DNA of 33,290 nucleotides, taken from a virus. The translations under genes were made by a program, and so were the position numbers. The notes under the pieces are model-generated. The model was not told the DNA's origin. It worked only from the letters and a program-made list of their open reading frames with translations, and did not search any database. The stretch lies in IMG/VR virus record IMGVR_UViG_3300045988_070243. One strand, 5' to 3'. Shown one piece after another: positions 15,190 to 22,953 of the stretch. Within the stretch, counting starts at the first letter, position 1. Every line of letters begins with the position of its first letter.

Positions 15190-15395
15190 CACAGCTGCAC
15201 AGTAAAAAATCGCTACTGTGCAGGTCTCTGTGCAGTCTAACTCCTTATATTATAATATGTTATATGTAAATACACAGATGCACAGTAAAAAGGGGGTAAA
15301 ACATTATTTTGGAGAAAAGTGTATTTTAGGGGGTATAAAATATACTATATTCTATATTAAAGTTTAGAAAAAAAGGTGCGTGTCTGTGCAGGTGC
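15190..15395 (+). repeat. Noncoding junction element, copy A (related to 32751..32970): five CTGTGCAG/CTGCACAG 8-mers plus an AT-rich core
   Basis: Blocks shared with copy B: 15216..15257, 15260..15271, 15281..15318 (38 nt perfect), 15352..15370 (19 nt perfect), 15374..15391. 8-mers at 15195, 15216, 15228, 15278 (ATGCACAG) and 15384. Confidence 0.9.
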
Positions 15396-15524
15396 CTGCA
15401 ACGTTCAGTGAGATAGGTAGTTACAGTGTACACATACAAAATATTGTAAATATAATTCATTTGTAAACTTTATTTGTAGAAAATGCCTAACTGGCCGTTG
15501 GTTGGTCTGATGCGATTTGTTGCC

Positions 15525-15532
15525 TACCTTTG
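15525..15532 (+). promoter_or_regulatory. -7 box TACCTTTG, candidate late promoter upstream of terS
   Basis: Exact TAnnTTTG, the same octamer as at 4826 and 17270. It would give a ~120-nt leader before ATG 15661. Confidence 0.45.
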
Positions 15533-15660
15533 TGCCATAATTGGAAAGAACCAAAGCAGTTAATTCGAACTACGCGGTGTCGTCCGAATACTACTTGTGC
15601 ATCTCTTTAAGAGACCGCGAGCACACACGCGCGATACCTTAAATACCAAATAACAAAAAT

Positions 15661-16287
15661 ATGGCAGGGAGAGCAAAGAAGGGAGCCGCCCCCGATACGA
15701 AGGCGGCAATTACCAAGGGACAAGCGACGGGCAAAGCCCCGGCCCCTAAAACAGATTTGGAGAAATGCAAGGAGCTTTATGAGGTCGTGCAGACGCGCGG
15801 TTGCAAAGGTGCTACGTTGTCTACCGTAGAGGAGTGCATAGATTACGTAGCCGAGTACATGAACTTTTGCGTGAAGAACCCCTTCATCACGTATGAAGTC
15901 CTAAAGGGTGGGAACGCAGCCGGGCAAAAAGTACCCATAGAAAAGAAACGCGCGCCATCGCTTGGCGGCTTCTGCCTTTTTATCGGGTGGACTCTGCAAG
16001 CGTTCAAGAAGAACGGCGCACGACTTGAAAAGCTGGCGGACGACGGGAACGAAGAAGCGGCCAACTTATTGACCGGGTACGCCCTTATCGCCGAACTCAT
16101 AGCAACCGATATGGACGAAAGCGCGCTTGCCGGTGTGGTTGATGCTAACTACATGGCAAAGCTTAGAGGACTACGAGACCTTAAAGACGTTACGAGCAAT
16201 GGCAAGGAAGCCGGCACAAAGGCTATGCAGGTTAACGTACTCTCCGAGGACGCAGTGAAGAACCTACAAAAGTTAGGGGGAATTTAA
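15661..16287 (+). CDS. terS: Terminase small subunit
   Basis: Basic N-terminus. The segment KRAPSLGGFCLFIGWTLQAFKKN resembles the HTH region conserved in small terminases (P-t-l-eGl-a-flGis..t). First gene of the late block, upstream of terL. Confidence 0.65.
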   Translation: MAGRAKKGAAPDTKAAITKGQATGKAPAPKTDLEKCKELYEVVQTRGCKGATLSTVEECIDYVAEYMNFCVKNPFITYEVLKGGNAAGQKVPIEKKRAPSLGGFCLFIGWTLQAFKKNGARLEKLADDGNEEAANLLTGYALIAELIATDMDESALAGVVDANYMAKLRGLRDLKDVTSNGKEAGTKAMQVNVLSEDAVKNLQKLGGI

Positions 16288-16295
16288 TAATTTAG

Positions 16296-16565
16296 CTAAA
16301 AACAGTTTTTACGGCAAGGACTTATTCGGCGGTAGTAACCGCAACGGGCGATAGTATCGCCTTTCAAATTGAGGTATCGAACATTGGTACGATTGTACTT
16401 GAACGCTCCATTAACGGCAAAAAGTGGGTGGTAGACCGCAAGATAAGCGATATGTTCGTGTTTAGTAATGTAGCCGAGTTTAATGTTGCCGGCACAGTAG
16501 TAGGTCAACAGTTACGCGTATCGTACGACAACTGCACCGAGGTATCATTTGAAACGCTCCAGTAG
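16296..16565 (+). pseudogene. Start-less 90-codon open frame with beta-rich, protein-like sequence, in frame with the downstream LamG-like gene across a single TAG
   Basis: Open from TAG 16293..16295 to TAG 16563..16565. The first canonical in-frame starts are GTG 16428 and ATG 16452. Translation: ...TYSAVVTATGDSIAFQIEVSNIGTIVLERSINGKKWVVDRKISDMFVFSNVAEFNVAGTVVGQQLRVSYDNCTEVSFETLQ*. Confidence 0.45.
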
Positions 16566-16568
16566 CCT

Positions 16569-17234
16569 ATGAGAGGATTTGATATCAAGCAAATACCCAT
16601 GCGGCCGTTCCAAATATCGGGACTGACCGCTAAATGGGGTATCGGCGGTAGTCGCAAGCCCTCTATATGGGATGCCAACTTAATAGGCAGGTGGGATGCA
16701 CGTACATTCCCGGACGGCGAATTAGCCACGATACCCAATACCGCTACAATGGAAGGTAAATCCCCCGACATTACCGTAGAGGGCGCAACGATGAAAAAGG
16801 GTACATTACAGTTCGACGGTGTGGACGATGGGGCACGTACAAGCAGGTTCTTGTTTCCCGAAAGGTTCACCGTCTTTTGGGATATAGATTGGCTGGGTAC
16901 GATAGACACTAGTGCTGGAGTAATTCACGGGACGAACCTCATTATGTACAATCTCAAAGCCACTGAATCCTTGCTCACCTATATTCGGAGTGCTCCAGGA
17001 AAAATACCTAACACCCGCGTAGGAGTATCAACGAACGGCAAGGTGTACGCCAAAGACGGTAGTGTTACTCCGTTTGGCGGCACAGTAGGTACGGGTGCTA
17101 AAGCAGACGAATTATATATTGCACAGAGAAACACAGCGTTTACCCAAATGGGCTTCCGCCAGCTACTAATATTCAACAAGGAGCTTTCACAAGACGAGGT
17201 TAACGACGTGTTACGCGCCATGTTCCCGGCTTAA
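16569..17234 (+). CDS. LamG-like (concanavalin A-like lectin/glucanase fold) domain protein
   Basis: GTLQFDGVDDGARTS...FTVFWDIDW, NGKVYAKDG and the C-terminal LYIAQRNTAFTQMGFRQLLIFNKELSQDEVNDV match the Laminin_G_3 pattern (FDG.dd, ftvsaW, lyvnG, f.G.id.vriynraLs..Ei). Confidence 0.6.
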   Translation: MRGFDIKQIPMRPFQISGLTAKWGIGGSRKPSIWDANLIGRWDARTFPDGELATIPNTATMEGKSPDITVEGATMKKGTLQFDGVDDGARTSRFLFPERFTVFWDIDWLGTIDTSAGVIHGTNLIMYNLKATESLLTYIRSAPGKIPNTRVGVSTNGKVYAKDGSVTPFGGTVGTGAKADELYIAQRNTAFTQMGFRQLLIFNKELSQDEVNDVLRAMFPA

Positions 17235-17269
17235 ACTCTATCAAACATCAATGCCACATCGGTTTTAAC

Positions 17270-17277
17270 TACCTTTG
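17270..17277 (+). promoter_or_regulatory. -7 box TACCTTTG upstream of terL, embedded in an 8-bp inverted repeat (ATGCCACA 17251..17258 / TGTGGCAT 17275..17282)
   Basis: Exact TAnnTTTG 22 nt before ATG 17299. The inverted repeat was read directly from the sequence. Confidence 0.45.
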
Positions 17278-17298
17278 TGGCATTAAACATTTATAAGC

Positions 17299-18444
17299 AT
17301 GAACGTTACATTTACTTTTGAAAAGATACTGGCGGCTTTCGTAGACCCGAAGATACGCGGAGTAGCCTCTAAAGGCGGTACACGTAGCGGCAAGACATGG
17401 GCAACCCTACAGATGTTACACATACTTGCATTGAACAACCCGCAACCGCTCGTTATCTCGTGCGTAGCGGCTACGTTCCCTATGGTGAAACGCGGTATGC
17501 TCCGAGACTTTAAAGCTATGGTGGTAGCCGAGGGCTACTGGGACGAGAACAAGTTTAATAAAACGGAAAGTACATACGAATACCCGAACGGCACGATAAT
17601 AGAGTTCTTCTCGTGTGATAACGCCGGGAAGGTGCACGGCCCTGCACGTGATATTCTGTTCGTCAACGAGGCCCAGGGCATACCCCGGGAAATCTTTAGG
17701 CAGCTTGATATCAGAACAAGGAAGAAAGTTATTATAGACTATAACCCCGTGCGTAAGTTCTGGGGCGAAACGGAGTTCGTAGGTGACAGATACGTTACCG
17801 TACATTCAACGTACAAGGATAACCCGTACTTGACCCCCGAACAAGTGGCAGCCATCGAGAAGAACAAGAACGATGCTAACTGGTGGCGCGTGTACGGTGA
17901 GGGCTTGACGGGCGGCGTAGAGGGTAACGTTTACCCCGAATATGAGGTTATTGACGATATGCCCGAGACGTTTACGGGCAGGTGCCTGGGGCTTGACTTT
18001 GGTTTCGTGAATGACCCTACCGCGATAGTCGATATACGCATGGAGGGCTGGGATTTGTTCGTGGACTTGCTTTGCTATGAACAAGGCTTGCTAAATAGCC
18101 ATATAGCGGACTACTTGAACGCTAATGCACTGAACCGCGTTGTAACGGTGTGTGACAGTGCGGAGCAAAAGAGCATCGTGGAGCTACAGCAGAAGCATAT
18201 CAAAGCGATACCGTGTGTCAAGGGACGCGGCTCTGTGGCGGCTGGTATTGCACAGGTCAAGCAGTTCAAGTTGCACGTAACAAAGCGTTCGGTCAAGCTG
18301 CTTGACGAGTTGGATAACTACAAATGGATTAAGGACGAGGTATCGGACACATACACCAACGAAGCCATAGACGCGTGGAACCACGCACTCGACGCTCTCC
18401 GTTACGGTGTGGACTTCTTGATACGTAAATACAGACCCAAATAA
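17299..18444 (+). CDS. terL: Terminase large subunit (compact PBSX/Terminase_3-like)
   Basis: Walker A SKGGTRSGKTWA, Walker B-like DILFVNEAQ. Nuclease-domain acidic motifs GLDFGFVNDPTAIV, VCDSAEQKSI, HALDALRYG. Confidence 0.85.
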   Translation: MNVTFTFEKILAAFVDPKIRGVASKGGTRSGKTWATLQMLHILALNNPQPLVISCVAATFPMVKRGMLRDFKAMVVAEGYWDENKFNKTESTYEYPNGTIIEFFSCDNAGKVHGPARDILFVNEAQGIPREIFRQLDIRTRKKVIIDYNPVRKFWGETEFVGDRYVTVHSTYKDNPYLTPEQVAAIEKNKNDANWWRVYGEGLTGGVEGNVYPEYEVIDDMPETFTGRCLGLDFGFVNDPTAIVDIRMEGWDLFVDLLCYEQGLLNSHIADYLNANALNRVVTVCDSAEQKSIVELQQKHIKAIPCVKGRGSVAAGIAQVKQFKLHVTKRSVKLLDELDNYKWIKDEVSDTYTNEAIDAWNHALDALRYGVDFLIRKYRPK

Positions 18445-19055
18445 TGAAGAAATTTATATTGAAGTGGATATATCGCATAACAGCGATAAACAACCGAAAG
18501 GTATTACTAAGAGTTGCTAACCTACCGGCAAACGGAACCGTCCGAATAACCAAGGACGAAGAGAAGTTGCTAAAGGATATGATTAAGTACTGCCGACCCT
18601 CGCAAGTCGCTACGCGCAATGGGAAGGCGGTGTACAGACTTCGGGACGTTGAGGGTATAACTCTATGGTCTATGCTTGAAACGCGCCGTGCAGAGGACGC
18701 AAACGAGCGTATCAAGGCTTGGACTGATGACAACTACGAAGCGGAAACGATTCTCGACGCCGCAAAGCTTGATAAGTTCATAGTGTCACAGATGGAAATC
18801 GCGGACGGTCTCGAACAAGTAGTGTTCCGGAATATGAAGCAGACGGGCGAAAGCGCGTTGACGGGCGACGAGAACATTAAACAAGCAAAGAACCTACTCG
18901 GACTTGTGCAGATTACCGCCGAGCTATTCCACTGTAGCTTTGAAGACGCAAAGCAAATCAACTACTCGGACGCTATGCTGGCTATCGCCAAACGTAACGA
19001 CGAGATAGAGAAGGAGAAGCGAGAAATGAAGAAACAACAAATGAAAAACAGATAG
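18444..19055 (+). CDS. Hypothetical protein (203 aa)
   Basis: TAATG overlap with the terL stop suggests translational coupling. No domain recognised. Confidence 0.6.
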   Translation: MKKFILKWIYRITAINNRKVLLRVANLPANGTVRITKDEEKLLKDMIKYCRPSQVATRNGKAVYRLRDVEGITLWSMLETRRAEDANERIKAWTDDNYEAETILDAAKLDKFIVSQMEIADGLEQVVFRNMKQTGESALTGDENIKQAKNLLGLVQITAELFHCSFEDAKQINYSDAMLAIAKRNDEIEKEKREMKKQQMKNR

Positions 19056-19057
19056 TT

Positions 19058-19462
19058 ATGACTTTTGAAACAATAATTAACACAGCGAACGCCCGGGCTA
19101 CGGCCTTGGGCAAAACGCTGATATTCGGAGATACCGCAGTACAGAACGTAGCGGCAAACGAATTGAGTGACGACTTTTTTACGCTTGACGTAACGACTGG
19201 AAGCTATACGGACACGAACGTACCGGGGTCAAGCGCCTACACGGTTGTCATTCGCTGCATGGGTACATCAGCTTATATGCGAGACGATGCGGTAGAGATA
19301 GCAACTTTGATACGCACAGACCTACTGTTGCATGAGATGCTTAAGAGCTTCATATGCGGCTACGAGATTGGCTCGCTACGTATCGCCAAAGTGCAGAACC
19401 AGTACGACACCATCAAATCGGGTTGGGAGGCAACGTTCGACGCATACAAGTATGGGGCGTGA
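19058..19462 (+). CDS. Hypothetical virion-module protein (134 aa)
   Basis: ORF starts 2 nt after the upstream stop. No domain recognised. Confidence 0.6.
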   Translation: MTFETIINTANARATALGKTLIFGDTAVQNVAANELSDDFFTLDVTTGSYTDTNVPGSSAYTVVIRCMGTSAYMRDDAVEIATLIRTDLLLHEMLKSFICGYEIGSLRIAKVQNQYDTIKSGWEATFDAYKYGA

Positions 19463-19472
19463 ACTTAATACC

Positions 19473-19505
19473 GTTTGCTTTCTGATGGTTTACTTCGTAC
19501 TTTTG
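19473..19505 (+). promoter_or_regulatory. Bacteroidota-type promoter: -33 TTTG (19473..19476) and -7 TACTTTTG (19498..19505)
   Basis: Both consensus boxes are present with a 21-nt spacer. Lies 24 nt upstream of ATG 19530. Confidence 0.55.
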
Positions 19506-19529
19506 TACACTGTTTAAAAACAAAAAAGC

Positions 19530-19874
19530 ATGAAAATCATTTGGAACAACTTTATCCCGGTTAAGGGCTTCAAAGCTATTAACCTATTCGGCGTCCTTTT
19601 CGCGCGCTATAACGCGGTTATAAGCGAAACGACGTTAAGACATGAACACATTCACACGATGCAAATGCGCGAAATGCTGTACGTGCCGTTTTACTTGTGG
19701 TATGGCGTTGAGTACGTTATTCGCTTTATCAGCTGGAGCTTCGAGAAGAAGCCGTGCGACCCGAACGACAAGCCATACGACCGTATGAGCTTTGAGAGGG
19801 AAGCCTACGGCAACGAGCACGACGTAGACTACCCAAAGACAAGGAAACATTTTAGCTGGTTTAAGTATATTTAA
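19530..19874 (+). CDS. Small HExxH (zincin-like) protein
   Basis: LRHEHIHTMQMRE contains HExxH, with a downstream FEREAY that could supply a third ligand. Hydrophobic N-terminal half. Confidence 0.5.
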   Translation: MKIIWNNFIPVKGFKAINLFGVLFARYNAVISETTLRHEHIHTMQMREMLYVPFYLWYGVEYVIRFISWSFEKKPCDPNDKPYDRMSFEREAYGNEHDVDYPKTRKHFSWFKYI

Positions 19875-19876
19875 CT

Positions 19877-20317
19877 ATGAACAAGGAAGTTACCCAATTA
19901 GTTAGGCAGATACGCGACGAGATAGTAGCTAACTACTATCGCATGGGGCTTAACGCTTCGGGTCGCTTCGATAGGGAAACCGAAGTGGTAGAGTATGCAG
20001 GCGGCGTGAAGATTGAAAGCCCGGCATACATATATCAGATGGAAGGCGGACGGACGGCTGGCAGCTTTCCGCCCGTTTCTGCCATTAGGCAATGGATTAA
20101 AGACAAGAACGCGAACGCCGGAACGGACATACCCGAAGAAGCGGCATACGCAATCGCATACGTTATCAAGCGCGACGGCATCCGCGTACCCAACGAGCAC
20201 AACGAGGGCGGCGTAGCAAGCTCTATACTAACCCCCGAGATGGTGCAACGTATCACAGTAGAGGTGTCCCGGATAGTAAGGGCAGAGATATTAACCATTT
20301 TAACTAAAAAGCAATGA
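19877..20317 (+). CDS. Hypothetical virion-module protein (146 aa)
   Basis: Tightly packed ORF starting 2 nt after the upstream stop, with an ATGA overlap with the next gene. Confidence 0.6.
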   Translation: MNKEVTQLVRQIRDEIVANYYRMGLNASGRFDRETEVVEYAGGVKIESPAYIYQMEGGRTAGSFPPVSAIRQWIKDKNANAGTDIPEEAAYAIAYVIKRDGIRVPNEHNEGGVASSILTPEMVQRITVEVSRIVRAEILTILTKKQ

Positions 20318-21333
20318 TTATAAGAAACCTATTAACTAACGATACGGCAACGGCGGCTGGTTACATAACCATATGCGGAATTGGCGCAGGTATTTATCGC
20401 CCTATACGACTGGAGCAGGTAGGCGAGGTTACCAGTATAACCCTTATCTATTCACGTAATGGATATACAAAGGCAACCGCCGCAGTTACCCCATACGAGG
20501 GCGCGGTTTTGGATATGTCGATGATGGCAGCCGCTACGCCGAGCATAACAGAGAGCATTAACGCAGGTCTCGGTTTTACCGACTACGTAGACCATGTATC
20601 AATACAATACATGGAGGGTACGTTGAAGGGTATTAATATTAACGTTATACATGCCCCTTTAGCAGATGGGCGGTTCGCCACGTGGGCAAGCACGCGCAAC
20701 CTATCGGACTACGGTAACGGGCTGTTTAACCGATTTGACTTTAATTGCGTTCATTTCCTTAACAGCCCGTTAACGGGTAAACCGTTTAACTTTGCTTTGA
20801 GATACGGACAGCTTACAGCGAACTCGGACGGTAGACTAAAGTTCAGAAACAACGGTACGGGTACATCTACTCCATGGGATAATGCGTATGTAGTGCAGGG
20901 GGCAAACCCCCAAACATACCAGTTTAGAACTGCCGACGACGCGTCTATCTGGGGCTGGGCACGTTTTGAACGTAAATACCCGTATTGCTCTGACCCTAAT
21001 AAACGGGTAACGCTTCGATGGCTTAACAGCAAGGGGGCATATGATACGATGTATTTTGACCAATACCGTATTGTGCCCACTTACTTGGTTAACTTCTCCG
21101 GCGGCAACCGTGTGTTGTCCTACGACGTTACGATAAGCGTAGTAGTAACGGACGATAACCAAAACGCGCTGTACTGGCTTTCACGTTCGGGCGATGTCGC
21201 CGGGGTATTCCCTTTGGCTACCAATCAGTGGGCACGCGTTACGATACAGAACCCGAACGCGCTGAACATACAAGGCGGTGCGACGGGACGGGTAGCGGCG
21301 TTTAAATGCAAGTTTGAAATTATAGAACCTTAA
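20314..21333 (+). CDS. Hypothetical structural protein (339 aa)
   Basis: Long ORF in the virion module, translationally coupled (ATGA) to the upstream gene. No motif recognised. Confidence 0.65.
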   Translation: MIIRNLLTNDTATAAGYITICGIGAGIYRPIRLEQVGEVTSITLIYSRNGYTKATAAVTPYEGAVLDMSMMAAATPSITESINAGLGFTDYVDHVSIQYMEGTLKGININVIHAPLADGRFATWASTRNLSDYGNGLFNRFDFNCVHFLNSPLTGKPFNFALRYGQLTANSDGRLKFRNNGTGTSTPWDNAYVVQGANPQTYQFRTADDASIWGWARFERKYPYCSDPNKRVTLRWLNSKGAYDTMYFDQYRIVPTYLVNFSGGNRVLSYDVTISVVVTDDNQNALYWLSRSGDVAGVFPLATNQWARVTIQNPNALNIQGGATGRVAAFKCKFEIIEP

Positions 21334-21337
21334 CAAT

Positions 21338-22942
21338 ATGGATTTAACAATACGAATTAATGGTGAAGTGATAGACGGTGTAACCGCTAACTCGGTGAAG
21401 CTGACTATCAACAACCCGGACCCTTTGAAGTTCACGGAGCAAACGGTTAGTTACTCCGGGACAATCAACGTCCCCCGTTCAGAAGTAAACGACCGGGTTT
21501 TCCGTTCCGAGCGTTTCCCGGGGAAGTTCATAAAAACGGCTCCGTACCGTGCAGAATTGTATTTCGGGGGCTTCAATATTCCGTTCGGTAGCGGTTTGTT
21601 CCGTGTACGTGTAACAGCAGACGAAGACGGGTATAGCCTTGAACTGATAGAAAACATATCGAAGCTTTCGACATTGCGTGCCCCGGTGGTTGCCATACCC
21701 AAATTTGAAACACCGGCATATCAGTTTTCGACATACATAGATAGCCTTAATTACGCGTACCCCAACAACGTTACCATACCTACGATATACGCGGCGAACG
21801 GGTCAACGCCCTTGCTTATGTCATACATCGCAGACCGGGTCACAAAAAAGGCAGGTGATTACAAGGACGCGGAAAGCCAGTTGGTTTTTAAAGGCGCGCA
21901 CGACGGGTTGGACGGCTCCGTATATGCAGTCAACTATATGATAGCGGAAAGCAACGAGGTTGCCACGTGTTTTACCTACATGACTGGTTCGGAATTCGAT
22001 TTAAGGTTTACCGACGATTCGTTTATTGTTCTCCCACCTTATGCTCCTGCTACCGTTTATCTTAGAAGCAACGGCGGTACATTCGCTTTGGCGTTTGCGC
22101 GAGGCGCGGTAAGACCCGATGGCAACTACAAGTACAGCCCGGTAAGCCCGGGTTCTACGTCTTGTTTGGTTACGCCAAGACCGACACACGATTTGAACTT
22201 CGGTTTCACTACCTCCGCCTCGTCTATGGTATATTCGGGAACGCCGATTACTACGGTGCCAAATACGGAAGCGTATTTCATATCGTTCAAGATTAATTCG
22301 GCTACCGCCCCTACCTATGCATGGGACTTGGTGGAAACAATGGGCGTAGATACGCCTTTCGGTATTGTGCAGGCGTTCTGCAAAGCGTTTTGCTGGACGT
22401 ATGAATTTAAATCAAGCCCGTTTGCGTTGACACTCAAACCGTTTATCAACCCGTCTACGAGTTCTACGTACCGGGTAGACTGGACGGGGAAAATAGACCA
22501 ATCAAGTATAAAGGTTGCAGAAACCGCCGGCGCTGCAAGAACATACGCAGTGCAGGTAGGCTCACTTAAACAGACGGTAGGCGGTTACGGAGGCGCTATA
22601 TCTACGCAGGAGACTGTAGGTGAGAGCGCGTTCCCGGTGAACCCCGGCGCGCAAAGGCCATACGCCTCTATGATTAGATTAGCAGGCTCGTACGTGCCGG
22701 ATAATTACTTCAACCGTGCGAGCGGTTACCGCGCTACGATAGCAGGGCATTATGACCGTTTTTCCCCTGGGTGGCAGGTGACGGCTAAAATGAACCTATC
22801 ATATTTTGATATACAGAAAATGAAGTCCGACGCGCTTTATTTCGTAGGTGAGCTTAACCACTGGTTCTACCTTAGGACATTAAGTAATTGGGACCCGTCA
22901 ACGGGAAATGCGAACGTTACGTTAATCGCAGTTAAAAATTAA
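21338..22942 (+). CDS. Hypothetical large structural protein (534 aa), tail/baseplate candidate
   Basis: Long beta-rich ORF immediately upstream of the tape-measure-like gene. The functional label rests on context only. Confidence 0.65.
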   Translation: MDLTIRINGEVIDGVTANSVKLTINNPDPLKFTEQTVSYSGTINVPRSEVNDRVFRSERFPGKFIKTAPYRAELYFGGFNIPFGSGLFRVRVTADEDGYSLELIENISKLSTLRAPVVAIPKFETPAYQFSTYIDSLNYAYPNNVTIPTIYAANGSTPLLMSYIADRVTKKAGDYKDAESQLVFKGAHDGLDGSVYAVNYMIAESNEVATCFTYMTGSEFDLRFTDDSFIVLPPYAPATVYLRSNGGTFALAFARGAVRPDGNYKYSPVSPGSTSCLVTPRPTHDLNFGFTTSASSMVYSGTPITTVPNTEAYFISFKINSATAPTYAWDLVETMGVDTPFGIVQAFCKAFCWTYEFKSSPFALTLKPFINPSTSSTYRVDWTGKIDQSSIKVAETAGAARTYAVQVGSLKQTVGGYGGAISTQETVGESAFPVNPGAQRPYASMIRLAGSYVPDNYFNRASGYRATIAGHYDRFSPGWQVTAKMNLSYFDIQKMKSDALYFVGELNHWFYLRTLSNWDPSTGNANVTLIAVKN

Positions 22943-22953
22943 TAATTTGGATT

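Noticed and set aside
15186-15239. Cys-rich mini-ORF MHSCTVKNRYCAGLCAV preceded by AAGGAGG inside junction element copy A
   Set aside because: Copy B has no ATG at the equivalent position, and its 1-nt indel breaks the frame. Conservation is therefore at the nucleotide level, not the peptide level.
16563-16565. Genome-wide TAG reassignment (alternative genetic code), as described for some Bacteroidota-infecting phages
   Set aside because: TAG works as an ordinary stop for several well-delimited genes, with backup stops or the next gene start immediately following (9510..9512 followed by TGA TAA; 11733..11735; 14640..14642; 19053..19055; 28618..28620 followed by TAA). No suppressor tRNA is encoded, and I noticed no other gene that appears split by an in-frame TAG. 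Only a local read-through or pseudogene explanation is kept.
16296-16909. Minus-strand ORFs 16296..16508 (70 aa) and 16505..16909 (134 aa) from the ORF track
   Set aside because: They lie antisense to the protein-like + strand frame and to the LamG-like gene. Their translations are Cys/Arg/Ser-rich with no motif, and they would be the only minus-strand genes in a genome with + strand promoters and terminators throughout. They are treated as antisense shadow frames.
16569-17234. Diversity-generating retroelement targeting the LamG-like or Ig-like gene
   Set aside because: There is no reverse transcriptase ORF (no YxDD-type motif in any frame of the track), and no template/variable repeat pair was seen near the gene.
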